This document shows, in pieces, positions 47,318-57,249 of a stretch of 64,000 nt of DNA; position 1 is the first letter of the stretch; the number at the start of each line of letters is the position of its first letter. The translations under genes were made by a program, and so were the position numbers. Source of the DNA: Armatimonadota bacterium (GTDB lineage Bacteria; Armatimonadota; UBA5829; DSUL01); the NCBI GenBank assembly GCA_025998755.1, contig AP024674.1, positions 956,004-1,020,003 on the forward strand, given 5' to 3'. The notes beneath the pieces were generated by a model. That model saw only the letters and a list, made by a program, of their open reading frames with translations, was not told the DNA's origin and did no database searches.

Positions 47318-50122
47318 ATGCAGCACGCAGCTACCTTGCACACACTCATCGCCGGGCATCTGACTCTTCCTATTGCTTTCATGCTCATCGCCACAGGAGG
47401 ATATGCAGCCTTGGACACGCCCGCAGTCACCCCCTACCCTGTTCAGAAAGCGCCGGTTGTGGACGGAGTTCTGGATGACGCCGCCTGGCAACAGGCTCCC
47501 CGCTACGAGGATTTCCGCGCCGGCGCGTCTCCGGCCCGTGCTGCCACGGCAGCGCAGTTCGTCTGGGACGGCGAAGCGTTCTACATCGCCTTCCGTTGCA
47601 GATCCGGGCCGCAGGTAAAGACTGTGTACCAGCAGGACGGAGACCCTGTCTGGCAGGATGAGTCTGTCGAGCTCTTCATCGCTCCGTGGAACGCGCCGTC
47701 AATGGGCGGACTGTATCACTTCACCGTCAGCGCAGCCGGAGTGAAGACGTTTCTTCGCGCTGAGCATGCCAACGAGAAACGGGATTGGCAGGCGGCTGTC
47801 AGCCGGACGCCCGACGGTTGGACGTGCGAAATGCGCATCCCGCTCAGCCTGTTCGACGAGCAGGGACCCAATGAACCGGAATGGAGGATACTCTTCTGCC
47901 GGAACTCATCCGAGTTCGATGAGTCCAGCAGTTGGCCAGCTTCCGGCGGCCGTTTCGCCAACTTCTGGAACTACGCCCGTCTTGTCCCGCCCGAGGGTAG
48001 GCCCACCTTCACCCGTTTCCGCGCGCACATCACTCCGCTGAAGGGGCAAGGACCGCGCGGTATCCAGCCACTCAGGCAGGCACCGATGGAACAGAGTGAG
48101 CGTCCCGTCATCATCCCCGAGCCGGTCTATGCCCGTTTCCACCCGTCCTCCCGATTTGAGATCACCCCCGATACCCCCATACTGATTGGCCAGCGCGCCG
48201 ACAGGATGGACGCCAGGGCGGCCGAGGTCTTCGCGGACTGGGTGGAGCGGAAGGCAGGCTTCCGCCCTCCCGTTCGGCGTGTCCTTCACCCGGACGATGC
48301 GGGGGAACGTGGCATTTTGATCGGTGAGCCCTCCCTGAACCCCGCAGTGCAATCCGCTCTGCGCCAGTTACGCGAAAAGGTGGATGCAGCCACTCCAGGT
48401 CCGGAAGGATACGTCATCAGGGTGGCTCAAAACCAGGCTGTTGCCGCCGGAAGCGACCAACTGGGGACCTTCTGGGCCGCGCAGACTCTGGCTCAGATGT
48501 TGCGGATCTCCCCTGACGGCCGGCTTTGGCTGCCGGGAGCGATCGTCCGAGACCGTCCCGCAATGCCGTTCCGCAGCGTGCACCTGCTGACGGCAAAGGA
48601 CACTCTGGATTTCCAGACCCGACTCATCCGCGAAGTGCTGAGCCCGTTCAAAATCCGCTACGTCATACTGCAGATGGATAAGTTCGGGTGGGAAAGCCAC
48701 CCCGAGATACGCGACCCGGACAACCACGTGACGGCGGAGGATCTCCGCAAACTCATCGCCTTTGCAAAAGATTACCACATCACCTATATCCCGCTTGTCA
48801 TGTCTCTTGGGCATATGGAGTGGATCTTCCGGGACGGCGCAAACATGGACATTGTGGAAGATCCGGAGCATCCCTACGCATACTGCCCTTTGAACGAGCG
48901 CTCTTATGAACTGATGCAGGATCTGTTCGACGAGGCACTCGAGGTGTTCGGGCACCCCCCGCTGTTCCACATCGGCCACGACGAATTCGACATGAGGGGA
49001 GAGTTCCCCAAGCACGAGGAATGCCGGAAGCTGGGCAAGGTGGAGCTCTACTACCGGGACACTCTGCGCTTGGCCGACTATCTCCGCAAGAAGGGCGCCC
49101 GCACGATGATGTGGGGCGATATCCTTTCAAAAAACGGGTTTCGCGAGCGGCTGGGAGAGCTGCCGAAAGATATCATCATCGCGGACTGGCGCTACGGGGA
49201 TCTGAAGGAGTATCCCACTGTAGACCTGTTCCGGCAGGCCAACTTCGATGTCGTGGGGTGCACCTGGTACCTCCCGGGCAACATCTACCACTTCAGCATT
49301 TACGCTCACGAGCGCGGCGCTATGGGGATGATGCAGACCACCTGGACCGGCTGGAACACCGCGGACCGGGTAATGAAGCAGTGGCCTGAGCAGATGTTCC
49401 AGTACGTGTTGGGGGCCGAATGGGCCTGGTCACCCGGCAGGCCGCCGCTCGATGCTATGTCCTACGAAGCCGAGCAAGTCTTCTTGCAGAGGTGGTTCCC
49501 CGATGGTTCCCATCCGGATATGCCGCGTTTGGCCGAGGGCGAGATGTTCGCGGTGCAGCTGGGGTCATACGCAAACGTTTCTCTGCGTGACCTGCCGAAC
49601 AAACCGGGTTGGATTGGGGCAGGACCTGGAGAGGACTTCTCCGCCCTCCGGGCTGGGGACCGACGCATGGGCAACGTGACCTTCCGAATCTTGAGCAGCG
49701 CCGGAGGACACCCGGCTGCAATCATGCTGAGCGGGCCGGCCGTCACCACAACATTCCCAGACGCCGTATGTGGCATCGAGGTCGGCTCCCGGGCAAAACA
49801 ACTCTGGTTTTTGCACACAACAGCCTTCCCGGACGGTTCGGACCGTCTGATCGGTCGCTACATCATCCGCTATGAAGACGGAACCTCGGAAGAGATCCCG
49901 TTGAAGTACGGCGTGAACACGATGAGCTGGCAGGACAATCGTCCCACCCTCGCCTATCAGGCCGCCTGGAAGGGACAGACGAAGTCCGGAAAGGCCATAC
50001 GCCTGCGGATGCTGCCTTGGGACAATCCTCATCCGGACAAGACGATCAGCACCGTGGATTTCTTAGGCGAAAGAGGAACTCAGGCGTCGCCCGTGCTGCT
50101 GGCCATCACGGCAATACGGTGA
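47318..50122 (+). CDS. Secreted CBM9-like + GH20-like (beta-hexosaminidase fold) protein
   Basis: N-terminal CBM9/DOMON-like blocks (VDGVLDDAAWQQAP, WQDESVELFI, WTCEMRIPLSLF). The central TIM barrel has RSVHLL, MDKFGWESHPEI and the HIGHDEF catalytic-pair context. Confidence 0.7.
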   Translation: MQHAATLHTLIAGHLTLPIAFMLIATGGYAALDTPAVTPYPVQKAPVVDGVLDDAAWQQAPRYEDFRAGASPARAATAAQFVWDGEAFYIAFRCRSGPQVKTVYQQDGDPVWQDESVELFIAPWNAPSMGGLYHFTVSAAGVKTFLRAEHANEKRDWQAAVSRTPDGWTCEMRIPLSLFDEQGPNEPEWRILFCRNSSEFDESSSWPASGGRFANFWNYARLVPPEGRPTFTRFRAHITPLKGQGPRGIQPLRQAPMEQSERPVIIPEPVYARFHPSSRFEITPDTPILIGQRADRMDARAAEVFADWVERKAGFRPPVRRVLHPDDAGERGILIGEPSLNPAVQSALRQLREKVDAATPGPEGYVIRVAQNQAVAAGSDQLGTFWAAQTLAQMLRISPDGRLWLPGAIVRDRPAMPFRSVHLLTAKDTLDFQTRLIREVLSPFKIRYVILQMDKFGWESHPEIRDPDNHVTAEDLRKLIAFAKDYHITYIPLVMSLGHMEWIFRDGANMDIVEDPEHPYAYCPLNERSYELMQDLFDEALEVFGHPPLFHIGHDEFDMRGEFPKHEECRKLGKVELYYRDTLRLADYLRKKGARTMMWGDILSKNGFRERLGELPKDIIIADWRYGDLKEYPTVDLFRQANFDVVGCTWYLPGNIYHFSIYAHERGAMGMMQTTWTGWNTADRVMKQWPEQMFQYVLGAEWAWSPGRPPLDAMSYEAEQVFLQRWFPDGSHPDMPRLAEGEMFAVQLGSYANVSLRDLPNKPGWIGAGPGEDFSALRAGDRRMGNVTFRILSSAGGHPAAIMLSGPAVTTTFPDAVCGIEVGSRAKQLWFLHTTAFPDGSDRLIGRYIIRYEDGTSEEIPLKYGVNTMSWQDNRPTLAYQAAWKGQTKSGKAIRLRMLPWDNPHPDKTISTVDFLGERGTQASPVLLAITAIR

Positions 50123-50127
50123 AAGAA

Positions 50128-50199
50128 TGAGCCGCATTGGATTCGAACCAATGACCCTCTCCTTAAAAGGGAGATGCTCTACCCCTGAGCTAGCGGCCC
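50128..50199 (-). tRNA. tRNA-Lys (anticodon UUU), CCA not encoded
   Basis: Minus-strand cloverleaf: acceptor GGGCCGC/GCGGCTC (one G-U), D-arm GCTC-AGGGGTA-GAGC, anticodon arm TCTCC-CTTTTAA-GGAGA, T-arm ATTGG-TTCGAAT-CCAAT, discriminator A. Confidence 0.9.
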
Positions 50200-50209
50200 A
50201 TCCGTGAGT

Positions 50210-50239
50210 ATTATAGGGAATCCACCCGGGCGACGGCAA
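50210..50239 (-). promoter_or_regulatory. Candidate promoter for tRNA-Lys
   Basis: Minus strand TTGCCG, 18-nt spacer, TATAAT, ending 10 nt before the tRNA 5' end. Confidence 0.45.
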
Positions 50240-50265
50240 TTCCAGCCGGTCCGAATGGACAGGTT

Positions 50266-50296
50266 TGTTGCGCCGTCGCCCTGCCCGCTATCTCTG
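50266..50296 (-). terminator. Strong hairpin just downstream of purA (terminator-like, no U-tract)
   Basis: TCGCCCTGCCC, 9-nt loop, GGGCAGGGCGA (11-bp stem), 13 nt after the purA stop. Confidence 0.4.
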
Positions 50297-50309
50297 GGCA
50301 GGGCGAGAC

Positions 50310-51584
50310 TTACTCCACGATGATCGTCTGGTCCCGGCGCTCCCCGACGGAAACCGCCCAGACGGGAGTGCCGCACAACTCCTGAAGCCTGTCTATGTAG
50401 GCACGCGCATTCCTTGGAAGGTCAGCCATCCGCCGGGCTCCGTCCACCGGCTCGCTCCAGCCAGGCAGCTCTTCGTAGACCGGCCGTACCCGCTCCAGCA
50501 CCTCGGTGTCCTGAGGGAACTCCGTCATCCGGGCTCCCTCAAGCTCATAGGCGACGGCCACGCGCAGCGTGGGCATTCCTGTCAGAACGTCCAGTTTGAT
50601 CAGCGCCATCCTGGAACAGCTGCTCAGGCGGCATGCATACCGCACGGCCACCGCATCGAACCAGCCGCACCGGCGGGGCCGTCCGGTGGTGGTGCCGAAC
50701 TCGCCGCCTTTCCGGCGTATGGCCTCGCCCTGATCTCCGTGGAGCTCCGTCATAAAGACGCCCTCTCCGACGCGAGTGGTGTAGACCTTGGCTACGCCGA
50801 CGATATCCGTAATATCGCGCGGTCCCAGCCCGGTTCCCACCGTGGCGCCTCCCGCAATGGGATGGGACGAGGTCACATAGGGATATGTCCCGTGATCAAT
50901 GTCCAGTAGCGAGCCGTGCGCGCCCTCCAGCAGCAGGTTCCGTCCCTCGTCCACCGCCTTCATCAGCATCTGAGAGGTCTCCGTGACCATCGGACGGATG
51001 ACGTCGGCGTAGGACGAATACTCCTCCAGAATCTCCGAAGCGGAAAGCGCCTCTCCCCCGAAGACCTTCGTGATGACGGCGTTCTTGTAGGGCAGAACGT
51101 CCTGGACGCGGCGCTCGAAACGCGCCGGTTCGATCAGATCGCACACCCGGATGCCCCAGCGGCCGTACTTGTCCTGATAGCACGGTCCGATACCGCGACC
51201 GGTGGTGCCGATCTTCTGTGACCCGCGGTGCGTCTCCTCAAGGCGGTCTATCAGCCGGTGCCACGGCATGATGATGTGCGCCGAATGCGAGATTGCCAGA
51301 CGCGAGACATCCACCCCCCGCGACTGCAGGGAGAAGATCTCACCGGCAAGCACCGACGGGTCTATGACCACCCCGTCCGCAATGACGGCGCGCACATTGG
51401 AGTGCAGAATGCCTGCCGGCACAGTGTGGAACCTGTAGACCTGGTCTCCGACGACCACCGTATGGCCGGCGTTATTGCCTCCGTTGTATCGCACCACCGC
51501 GAAGGCGTCGGATGCCAGATAGTCTACAATCTTGCCCTTCGCCTCGTCCCCCCACTGGAGTCCGACCACCACTGTTGCGGGCAT
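50310..51584 (-). CDS. purA: Adenylosuccinate synthetase
   Basis: QWGDEAKGK, GGNNAGHT, TTGRGIGP and GTTTGRPRRCGW blocks. The ATG at 51584 (MPATVVVGLQWGDE) is preferred over the track's TTG at 51605. Confidence 0.95.
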   Translation of the reverse strand: MPATVVVGLQWGDEAKGKIVDYLASDAFAVVRYNGGNNAGHTVVVGDQVYRFHTVPAGILHSNVRAVIADGVVIDPSVLAGEIFSLQSRGVDVSRLAISHSAHIIMPWHRLIDRLEETHRGSQKIGTTGRGIGPCYQDKYGRWGIRVCDLIEPARFERRVQDVLPYKNAVITKVFGGEALSASEILEEYSSYADVIRPMVTETSQMLMKAVDEGRNLLLEGAHGSLLDIDHGTYPYVTSSHPIAGGATVGTGLGPRDITDIVGVAKVYTTRVGEGVFMTELHGDQGEAIRRKGGEFGTTTGRPRRCGWFDAVAVRYACRLSSCSRMALIKLDVLTGMPTLRVAVAYELEGARMTEFPQDTEVLERVRPVYEELPGWSEPVDGARRMADLPRNARAYIDRLQELCGTPVWAVSVGERRDQTIIVE

Positions 51585-51603
51585 TGGTTCGGTGTCCTTT
51601 CGC

Positions 51604-51633
51604 AAAACAAACAGCGGCTCCCTCGGGAGCCGC
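51604..51633 (-). promoter_or_regulatory. Terminator-like hairpin plus U-rich tract inside the purA 5' leader
   Basis: Minus strand GCGGCTCCC-GA-GGGAGCCGC followed by TGTTTGTTTTG, ending about 20 nt before the purA ATG. It lies downstream of a TTGCAT-16-TACAAT promoter-like element (51646-51673). Confidence 0.45.
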
Positions 51634-51708
51634 GCTCGACATGCTATTGTATTCGATTCCCAGCATAATGCAAGCGAAATATTCCTCTTGCTGGTATAAC
51701 CCTGTACA

Positions 51709-52626
51709 ATGACAGGACACTGGACTCTGGATCAACTTCGCGCTCTGGTAGAGGTGGCTCGCACAGGAAGTTTTACCAGAGCAGCGGAATCTCTTGCCAT
51801 CAGTCAGCCTGCCGTCAGCGTACAGATCCGCACCCTGGAACAGGCCGTGGGGCTGCAGCTGTTCGAAAGGCGGCCGCGCAACGTCGTGCTGACCGACGCC
51901 GGCCGGATTCTGGAGCGCTACGCCCGCCAGATACTCAAGATGGAGGCGGAGTTCGCTGTCGAGATCAGCGACCTGCAGCATCTGGAACGCGGGCTGCTGC
52001 GGGTCGGTGCGGGAGCCACTCCCAGCATCTTCACGCTTTCCGGGCTTTTTGCGGAGTATTACCGGCGCTGGCCGGGCGTGGAATTGCAGGTGCGCATCGG
52101 ACGGACGTCCGAGCTGGTATCACAGGTAATGGAGGACGAACTGGACCTGGCCATCATCGCATCGGAGACCTCTCAGGAAGGGCTGCAGCGCATGCCCATC
52201 TACCGGGAACGATGCATGGCAATCGCCGGGACCGGGCATCCCCTGGCCGCCAGCCAGACCATCTCCCTCGCGGAACTCCCGAAGCACCGTTTCGTGATGC
52301 TGCCCCCCGACAGCGGCTTCCGGAGGTTCCTCAACCGGAAACTGGGCGAACACGGCATCACAATCAACGTGGCGATGGAGCTTTCCAGCCTGGAATCCAT
52401 CAAGGAGGTGGTGAGAACGGGCGTGCTGGTCAGCATCATTCCCGAAACGGCCGTTTCTGGCGAGTCGGAGCATTCAGGGTTGCATACGGTGGCTATCGTT
52501 GGAGCCGAGCTTGTCCGCCAGACGTGTGCCATCCAGCGGCAGGACAAGTATGTGTCCCAGGCGATGAAGGCCTTCTACGGGCTGATCCGGGAGCGCTGGC
52601 CGGAGGCCGGTCCCCTCCCCGAATAG
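51709..52626 (+). CDS. LysR-family transcriptional regulator
   Basis: HTH block SFTRAAESLAISQPAVSVQIRTLE plus a LysR substrate-binding domain. Divergent from purA. Confidence 0.9.
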   Translation: MTGHWTLDQLRALVEVARTGSFTRAAESLAISQPAVSVQIRTLEQAVGLQLFERRPRNVVLTDAGRILERYARQILKMEAEFAVEISDLQHLERGLLRVGAGATPSIFTLSGLFAEYYRRWPGVELQVRIGRTSELVSQVMEDELDLAIIASETSQEGLQRMPIYRERCMAIAGTGHPLAASQTISLAELPKHRFVMLPPDSGFRRFLNRKLGEHGITINVAMELSSLESIKEVVRTGVLVSIIPETAVSGESEHSGLHTVAIVGAELVRQTCAIQRQDKYVSQAMKAFYGLIRERWPEAGPLPE

Positions 52627-52640
52627 CCGAAGGCGCTGGT

Positions 52641-52670
52641 TTGACACAGGCCAAGACGGACCTGTATACT
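52641..52670 (+). promoter_or_regulatory. Candidate promoter for murA-mreB
   Basis: TTGACA, 18-nt spacer, TATACT, about 78 nt upstream of the murA GTG. Confidence 0.5.
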
Positions 52671-52747
52671 TTACCGGGTGGCGGCCGGCCCGGCCCACGG
52701 ATGGGCCGGAGTATGCGGGATCTGGTCTGCTCGGGGGACGCGAGGAC

Positions 52748-54019
52748 GTGGCGAAAATACTCATTGAAGGCGGCCGGCGCTTGTCCGGCGATTTTACGGC
52801 CAGCGGCAGCAAGAACGGCGCGCTGGCCATCATCGCCGCATCACTGCTGGTGGAGGGGGAGGTCGTCTTGCGGCGAGTCCCCCACATCAAGGATATCTTC
52901 ACCATGCTGGACATCCTCCGGTATCTCGGCGTCAGGGCCGAGCTTTCGGAGGATGGGACGCTGCAGATTGACGCGTCCAACATCGTCCGGAACGAAGCGC
53001 CCGCAGAGATGGTGAAGAAGATGCGGGCGTCGTTTTCGGTGCTGGGACCGCTCCTTGCACGGACGGGACGGGCCAGGGTAGCCGTGCCGGGAGGATGTGA
53101 CATCGGTGCAAGGCCCATTGATCTCCATCTGAAAGGCATCCACGCTCTGGGAGCTCTGGTCCGGAACGACTACGGACACGTGGAAGCCAAAGCCAGCAGG
53201 CTTCGCGGCGCGCGCATCTATCTGGATTTTCCCAGCGCAGGCGCCACGCAGCAGATCATGATGGCGGCCTGCCTCAGCGAGGGCACAACGGTCATCGAAC
53301 AGGCCGCCTGCGAACCGGAGATAACAGACCTGGCCTGGTTCCTGTGGAAATGCGGGGCACGCATCGAAGGGGCCGGCACCGGCACTATACAGGTGGAAGG
53401 GGTCCGAAGACTGACGGGCGTAGAGCACGAGATCATCCCCGACCGCGTAGAAGTTGGCACATTCGCCCTGGCAGCGGCCAACACGCGCGGCGATATCTTC
53501 ATCCGCAACGCCGTACCCGAGCACTGCTCCGCAGTCTTGCAGAAGATGCGGGAGATCGGAGCAACTGTGGACGAGGACGCCGCGGGCTTGCGGGTAACGG
53601 CAAACAGGCGTTTCATCGCGACAGACATAGTGACGATGCCCTTCCCCGGATTCCCGACGGACCTGCAGCAGCCGATGGGCGCTGTGCTCACCACCGCCGA
53701 CGGGACCTCCATCATCACCGAAAAGGTCTATGAGCATCGCTTCCGCTATTTGAACGAACTGAAGCGGATGGGCGCGGACGTATACACGGAAAACCGCGTA
53801 GCGGTCATCCGGGGCGTGCCGTACCTGCAGGGCGCTCAGGTTACGGCAACAGACCTGCGGGCGGGAGCCGCCCTGGCAATTGCCGCTCTGGCGGCCGAAG
53901 GGGTCACAGAGATCTCGGACGTGGAGCACATCCAGCGCGGCTACGAGAATTTTGAAAACAAGCTCCGGGCGCTGGGAGCCAGCGTCTTGAGCGGGGAGGC
54001 GTTGCCTTGTTCGCAATGA
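52748..54019 (+). CDS. murA: UDP-N-acetylglucosamine 1-carboxyvinyltransferase
   Basis: 423 aa with the active-site Cys loop [15 protein letters not shown] and conserved EPSP-synthase-like fold blocks. GTG start. Confidence 0.95.
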   Translation: MAKILIEGGRRLSGDFTASGSKNGALAIIAASLLVEGEVVLRRVPHIKDIFTMLDILRYLGVRAELSEDGTLQIDASNIVRNEAPAEMVKKMRASFSVLGPLLARTGRARVAVPGGCDIGARPIDLHLKGIHALGALVRNDYGHVEAKASRLRGARIYLDFPSAGATQQIMMAACLSEGTTVIEQAACEPEITDLAWFLWKCGARIEGAGTGTIQVEGVRRLTGVEHEIIPDRVEVGTFALAAANTRGDIFIRNAVPEHCSAVLQKMREIGATVDEDAAGLRVTANRRFIATDIVTMPFPGFPTDLQQPMGAVLTTADGTSIITEKVYEHRFRYLNELKRMGADVYTENRVAVIRGVPYLQGAQVTATDLRAGAALAIAALAAEGVTEISDVEHIQRGYENFENKLRALGASVLSGEALPCSQ

Positions 54020-55026
54020 CCCCCGATATCGGGATAGACCTGGGTACCGCGAATATCATCGTTTTCCGCAAAGGCAAGGGAATCGTCCTCAGGGAGCCAT
54101 CGGTAGTAGCTGTCTCCGATAAGACAAAGAAGATCCTTGCCGTGGGCACAGAGGCCCGGATGATGCTTGGGAGAACTCCGGGCAACATTGTCGCCATCCG
54201 TCCCCTCAGCGAGGGGGTCATCGCCGACTACACCACCACCCAGAAAATGCTGGAGTACATCCTGGCCAAAGTGTGCGGGCGCGCGCGCCTCTTCAAGCCC
54301 AGGGTGCTCGTGTCCGTGCCCTCCGGCGTAACCAACGTGGAGCGCCGGGCCGTCATTCAGGCAGCCCGAGCGGCCGGCGCCGGAGAGGCGTATACCATCG
54401 AGGAGCCGATGGCGGCAGCGATAGGCGCGGGACTGCCCATCAGCTCCCCGGGCGGCAACATGGTGGTGGACATCGGCGGTGGGACATCCGATGCGGCGGT
54501 CATCTCTCTGGATGGCATCGTGGTCAGCGATTCCATCCGGGTGGGCGGCAACAAGATTGACGAAGTCATCATCCGCCACATCCGCAATACTTACAGCCTG
54601 ATGATCGGGGAGCGGACAGCCGAGGAGATCAAGTTCAAGATCGGCTCCGCCTATCCGCTGGAGACCGAGCTGCGGATGGAAGTGCGCGGGCGGGATCTGC
54701 TGGCGGGCCTTCCAAAGACCGTCGAAGTCACCAGCGAGGAGATCCGGTCGGCCATCTCGGAGCCCGTGGCGCTGATTGTGGACATGGTGAAGTCCACGTT
54801 GGAGAAGACACCTCCTGAGCTTGCAAGCGACATTATCGAGCGCGGCATCATGCTCACCGGAGGTGGAGCGCTGCTCCGGGGCATTGACCGGCTGCTGGCG
54901 CTGGAGACCAACATCCCGGTGCACGTGGCCGAAGATCCCCTGTCGTGCGTCGCACTGGGAACGGGGCGCGCGCTTGAGGAGATGAAAGCCATCCGCGACA
55001 GTCAGATCGCTCTGGGCATGGAGTGA
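54016..55026 (+). CDS. mreB: Rod-shape-determining actin homologue MreB
   Basis: [22 protein letters not shown] and VDIGGGTSD phosphate-binding loops. The ATG at 54016 overlaps the murA stop (ATGA). Confidence 0.95.
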   Translation: MTPDIGIDLGTANIIVFRKGKGIVLREPSVVAVSDKTKKILAVGTEARMMLGRTPGNIVAIRPLSEGVIADYTTTQKMLEYILAKVCGRARLFKPRVLVSVPSGVTNVERRAVIQAARAAGAGEAYTIEEPMAAAIGAGLPISSPGGNMVVDIGGGTSDAAVISLDGIVVSDSIRVGGNKIDEVIIRHIRNTYSLMIGERTAEEIKFKIGSAYPLETELRMEVRGRDLLAGLPKTVEVTSEEIRSAISEPVALIVDMVKSTLEKTPPELASDIIERGIMLTGGGALLRGIDRLLALETNIPVHVAEDPLSCVALGTGRALEEMKAIRDSQIALGME

Positions 55027-55108
55027 GCCTGGCAGCGCTTACCCGTCCCAGAATTGACATCCCGTGCCACCCAGGTCCCTATGGCGCATAACATAGCAGG
55101 AATGTTCA

Positions 55109-55609
55109 ATGATGACCCGCTTTCTTATACCCTTTCTCGCTATCTTTACACTTGCACCGGCGCATGCTCAGGGACCGTTCCCTGATGTGATGCCGTCGGA
55201 TCCTTACGCCGCCTCGGTCCAGAGACTCAAGGACATCGGCGTGCTGTTCGGCTATCCTGACGGAACATTCCGGGGCAGCAAGTGTGTGACCCGCGCGGAG
55301 CTTGCGGTGGTGGTGGCGCGGATGATGGAGTATTTCACCCAGTCCTTGCCCGCCGGTGTCTCTCTCCAGTGTGACAGCCCAGGGCTGGCTACCCGCTTGG
55401 CGCAGATTGATCCAGTGACCGCCCGGCAAACGCTTCAACGCAACGGGGTGCAACTATCGGCGCATTTCCTTAACTCTTCTGAACAAAGCGCCACTGTGGA
55501 TGAAGTCTCTGAACTGGTATACATTGCGGTGGCGCGACTCATCGAGCACGTCAGCCCGGCGTGGGAAGGGGGACTGGAGCCTCACCCTTCCCACGATCAC
55601 GGGGACTGA
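55109..55609 (+). CDS. Small secreted SLH-domain protein
   Basis: Signal peptide FLIPFLAIFTLAPAHAQG, then an S-layer-homology repeat FPDVMPSDPYAASVQRLKDIGVLFGYPDGTFRGSKCVTRAELAVVVARM. Confidence 0.75.
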   Translation: MMTRFLIPFLAIFTLAPAHAQGPFPDVMPSDPYAASVQRLKDIGVLFGYPDGTFRGSKCVTRAELAVVVARMMEYFTQSLPAGVSLQCDSPGLATRLAQIDPVTARQTLQRNGVQLSAHFLNSSEQSATVDEVSELVYIAVARLIEHVSPAWEGGLEPHPSHDHGD

Positions 55610-55633
55610 CTCTCTTCCTTCAGACGGCAGGGT

Positions 55634-57211
55634 TCAATGCTTGAAGTGGCGGATGCCCGTATGCACAACCGCCATCGAGTAGCGGTCGGCCACTGCGATG
55701 ACCTCGGCGTCCTTTACAGATCCGCCGGGCTGGATGAAGGCGGTCACACCGGCCTTCGCCGCCTCTTCCGGGCCGTCGGGCATAGGGAAGAACGCATCTG
55801 AAGCAAGCACGCTCCCCCGCGCTCGCTCGCCGGCATGGGCCGCGGCTATGCGCACAGAGCCTACCCGGTTCATCTGTCCGGCGCCAACCCCTATCAGCAT
55901 CCTGTCACGCGCCAGAACAATGGCGTTGGACTTAATGTGCTTGACGGCCTTCCAGGCAAAGCGCAGATCTCTCATCTCCTCTTCAGTGGGCGCACGGCGG
56001 CTGACCACCTGAAGCTTTCCTTCATCCAGATCCGCAAGGTCGGCGTCCTGCGCCAGCATCCCGCCCGCAACCCGGCGGAAGGAGAACGGATCCCGCAGAC
56101 CACTGGAGAGATCCACCTCAAGGATCCTGAGATTCGCGCCCCACTTCTTCCGCGTCTTGAGCGCCTCCAGGGCATCCGAAGCATACCCCGGAGCAATGAC
56201 CGCTTCGAAGAAGGTATTCGGGCCGGTGATTGCCTCAGCGCACGCGGCGTCCACTGGCCGGTTCAGGGCAATGATCCCCCCGAACGCAGAGACCGGATCA
56301 CCCTCCAGAGCCGCCAGAAACGCAGCAGCGGCATCATCACGGACGGCCAGGCCGCACGCATTGGTATGCTTGACGATGCAGCAGGCCGGTTCCTCGAACT
56401 CCAGAACCGTCTCTAGCGCGGCGTCCAGGTCCATAATATTGTTGAAAGACAGCTCCTTGCCCCCAAGCTGCCGGGCGCGAGCAAGGGAGACGCCGGAAAA
56501 CGCCGGATCGGCATAGAACGCGGCAGACTGATGAGGATTCTCTCCGTAGCGCAGCGTCTGCACCCGGTCCCAGGAGAGGGTCAGTGTGGCGGGGAATCGC
56601 TCTGGCGGACGCTGCATCTCCAGATTCCGGCTCATCCAAGCACCTATGGCAGCGTCGTACGCGGCTGTATGCTGAAAGGCCCGGACCATCAGTTCAGCGC
56701 GAAGAGTGAGCGGAACGTCCCCTTCGTTTCGCAATGCTTCCAGTACCCGGCCGTAGTCCGAAGGATCCACCACCACAACCACGTCGCGATAATTCTTGGC
56801 GGCGGACCGGACCATAGACGGCCCCCCGATGTCAATGTTCTCAACCGCTTCCTCCAGAGTCACATCCGGCCGCGCCACCGTTTGGCGGAAGGGATAGAGA
56901 TTCACGCAGACCAGATCAATCGGGAGGATGCCGTGCTCGCGGATGGCCGCCTCGTGCGCCGGGTTGCCGCGAATGTGCAGGATGCCCCCGTGGACCTTTG
57001 GATGTAGCGTTTTGACCCGCCCGTCCAGCATCTCTGGAAAGCCCGTGAGGTCGCTGATGTCGCGAACATCTAGCCCCCCTTCACGCAGAGCCCGGGCAGT
57101 TCCGCCGGTGGACACCAGATCCACTCCCAGCACGGCGAGACCCTTCGCAAAGTCCACCACTCCCGTCTTGTCGGAGACGCTGATCAGAGCTCTCTTGATC
57201 CTTGCAGCCAT
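55634..57211 (-). CDS. purH: Bifunctional AICAR transformylase / IMP cyclohydrolase
   Basis: MGS-like N-domain ALISVSDKTG and a conserved C-terminal AICARFT domain (VLASDAFFPMPDG, FIQPGGSVKD, HTGIRHFKH). Confidence 0.95.
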   Translation of the reverse strand: MAARIKRALISVSDKTGVVDFAKGLAVLGVDLVSTGGTARALREGGLDVRDISDLTGFPEMLDGRVKTLHPKVHGGILHIRGNPAHEAAIREHGILPIDLVCVNLYPFRQTVARPDVTLEEAVENIDIGGPSMVRSAAKNYRDVVVVVDPSDYGRVLEALRNEGDVPLTLRAELMVRAFQHTAAYDAAIGAWMSRNLEMQRPPERFPATLTLSWDRVQTLRYGENPHQSAAFYADPAFSGVSLARARQLGGKELSFNNIMDLDAALETVLEFEEPACCIVKHTNACGLAVRDDAAAAFLAALEGDPVSAFGGIIALNRPVDAACAEAITGPNTFFEAVIAPGYASDALEALKTRKKWGANLRILEVDLSSGLRDPFSFRRVAGGMLAQDADLADLDEGKLQVVSRRAPTEEEMRDLRFAWKAVKHIKSNAIVLARDRMLIGVGAGQMNRVGSVRIAAAHAGERARGSVLASDAFFPMPDGPEEAAKAGVTAFIQPGGSVKDAEVIAVADRYSMAVVHTGIRHFKH

Positions 57212-57249
57212 GTCCGTTCACTCCATCTGGCTCGCGGTTGCCGGCGCGC

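Noticed and set aside
52212-53015. 267-aa plus-strand ORF spanning the LysR 3' half and the murA 5' end
   Set aside because: It overlaps two confidently assigned genes in different frames, and its product is Arg/Pro/Gly-rich with no motif.
52841-54924. Minus-strand ORFs 52841-54016 and 53941-54924, antisense to murA and mreB
   Set aside because: They mirror the frames of highly conserved genes and have low-complexity composition.
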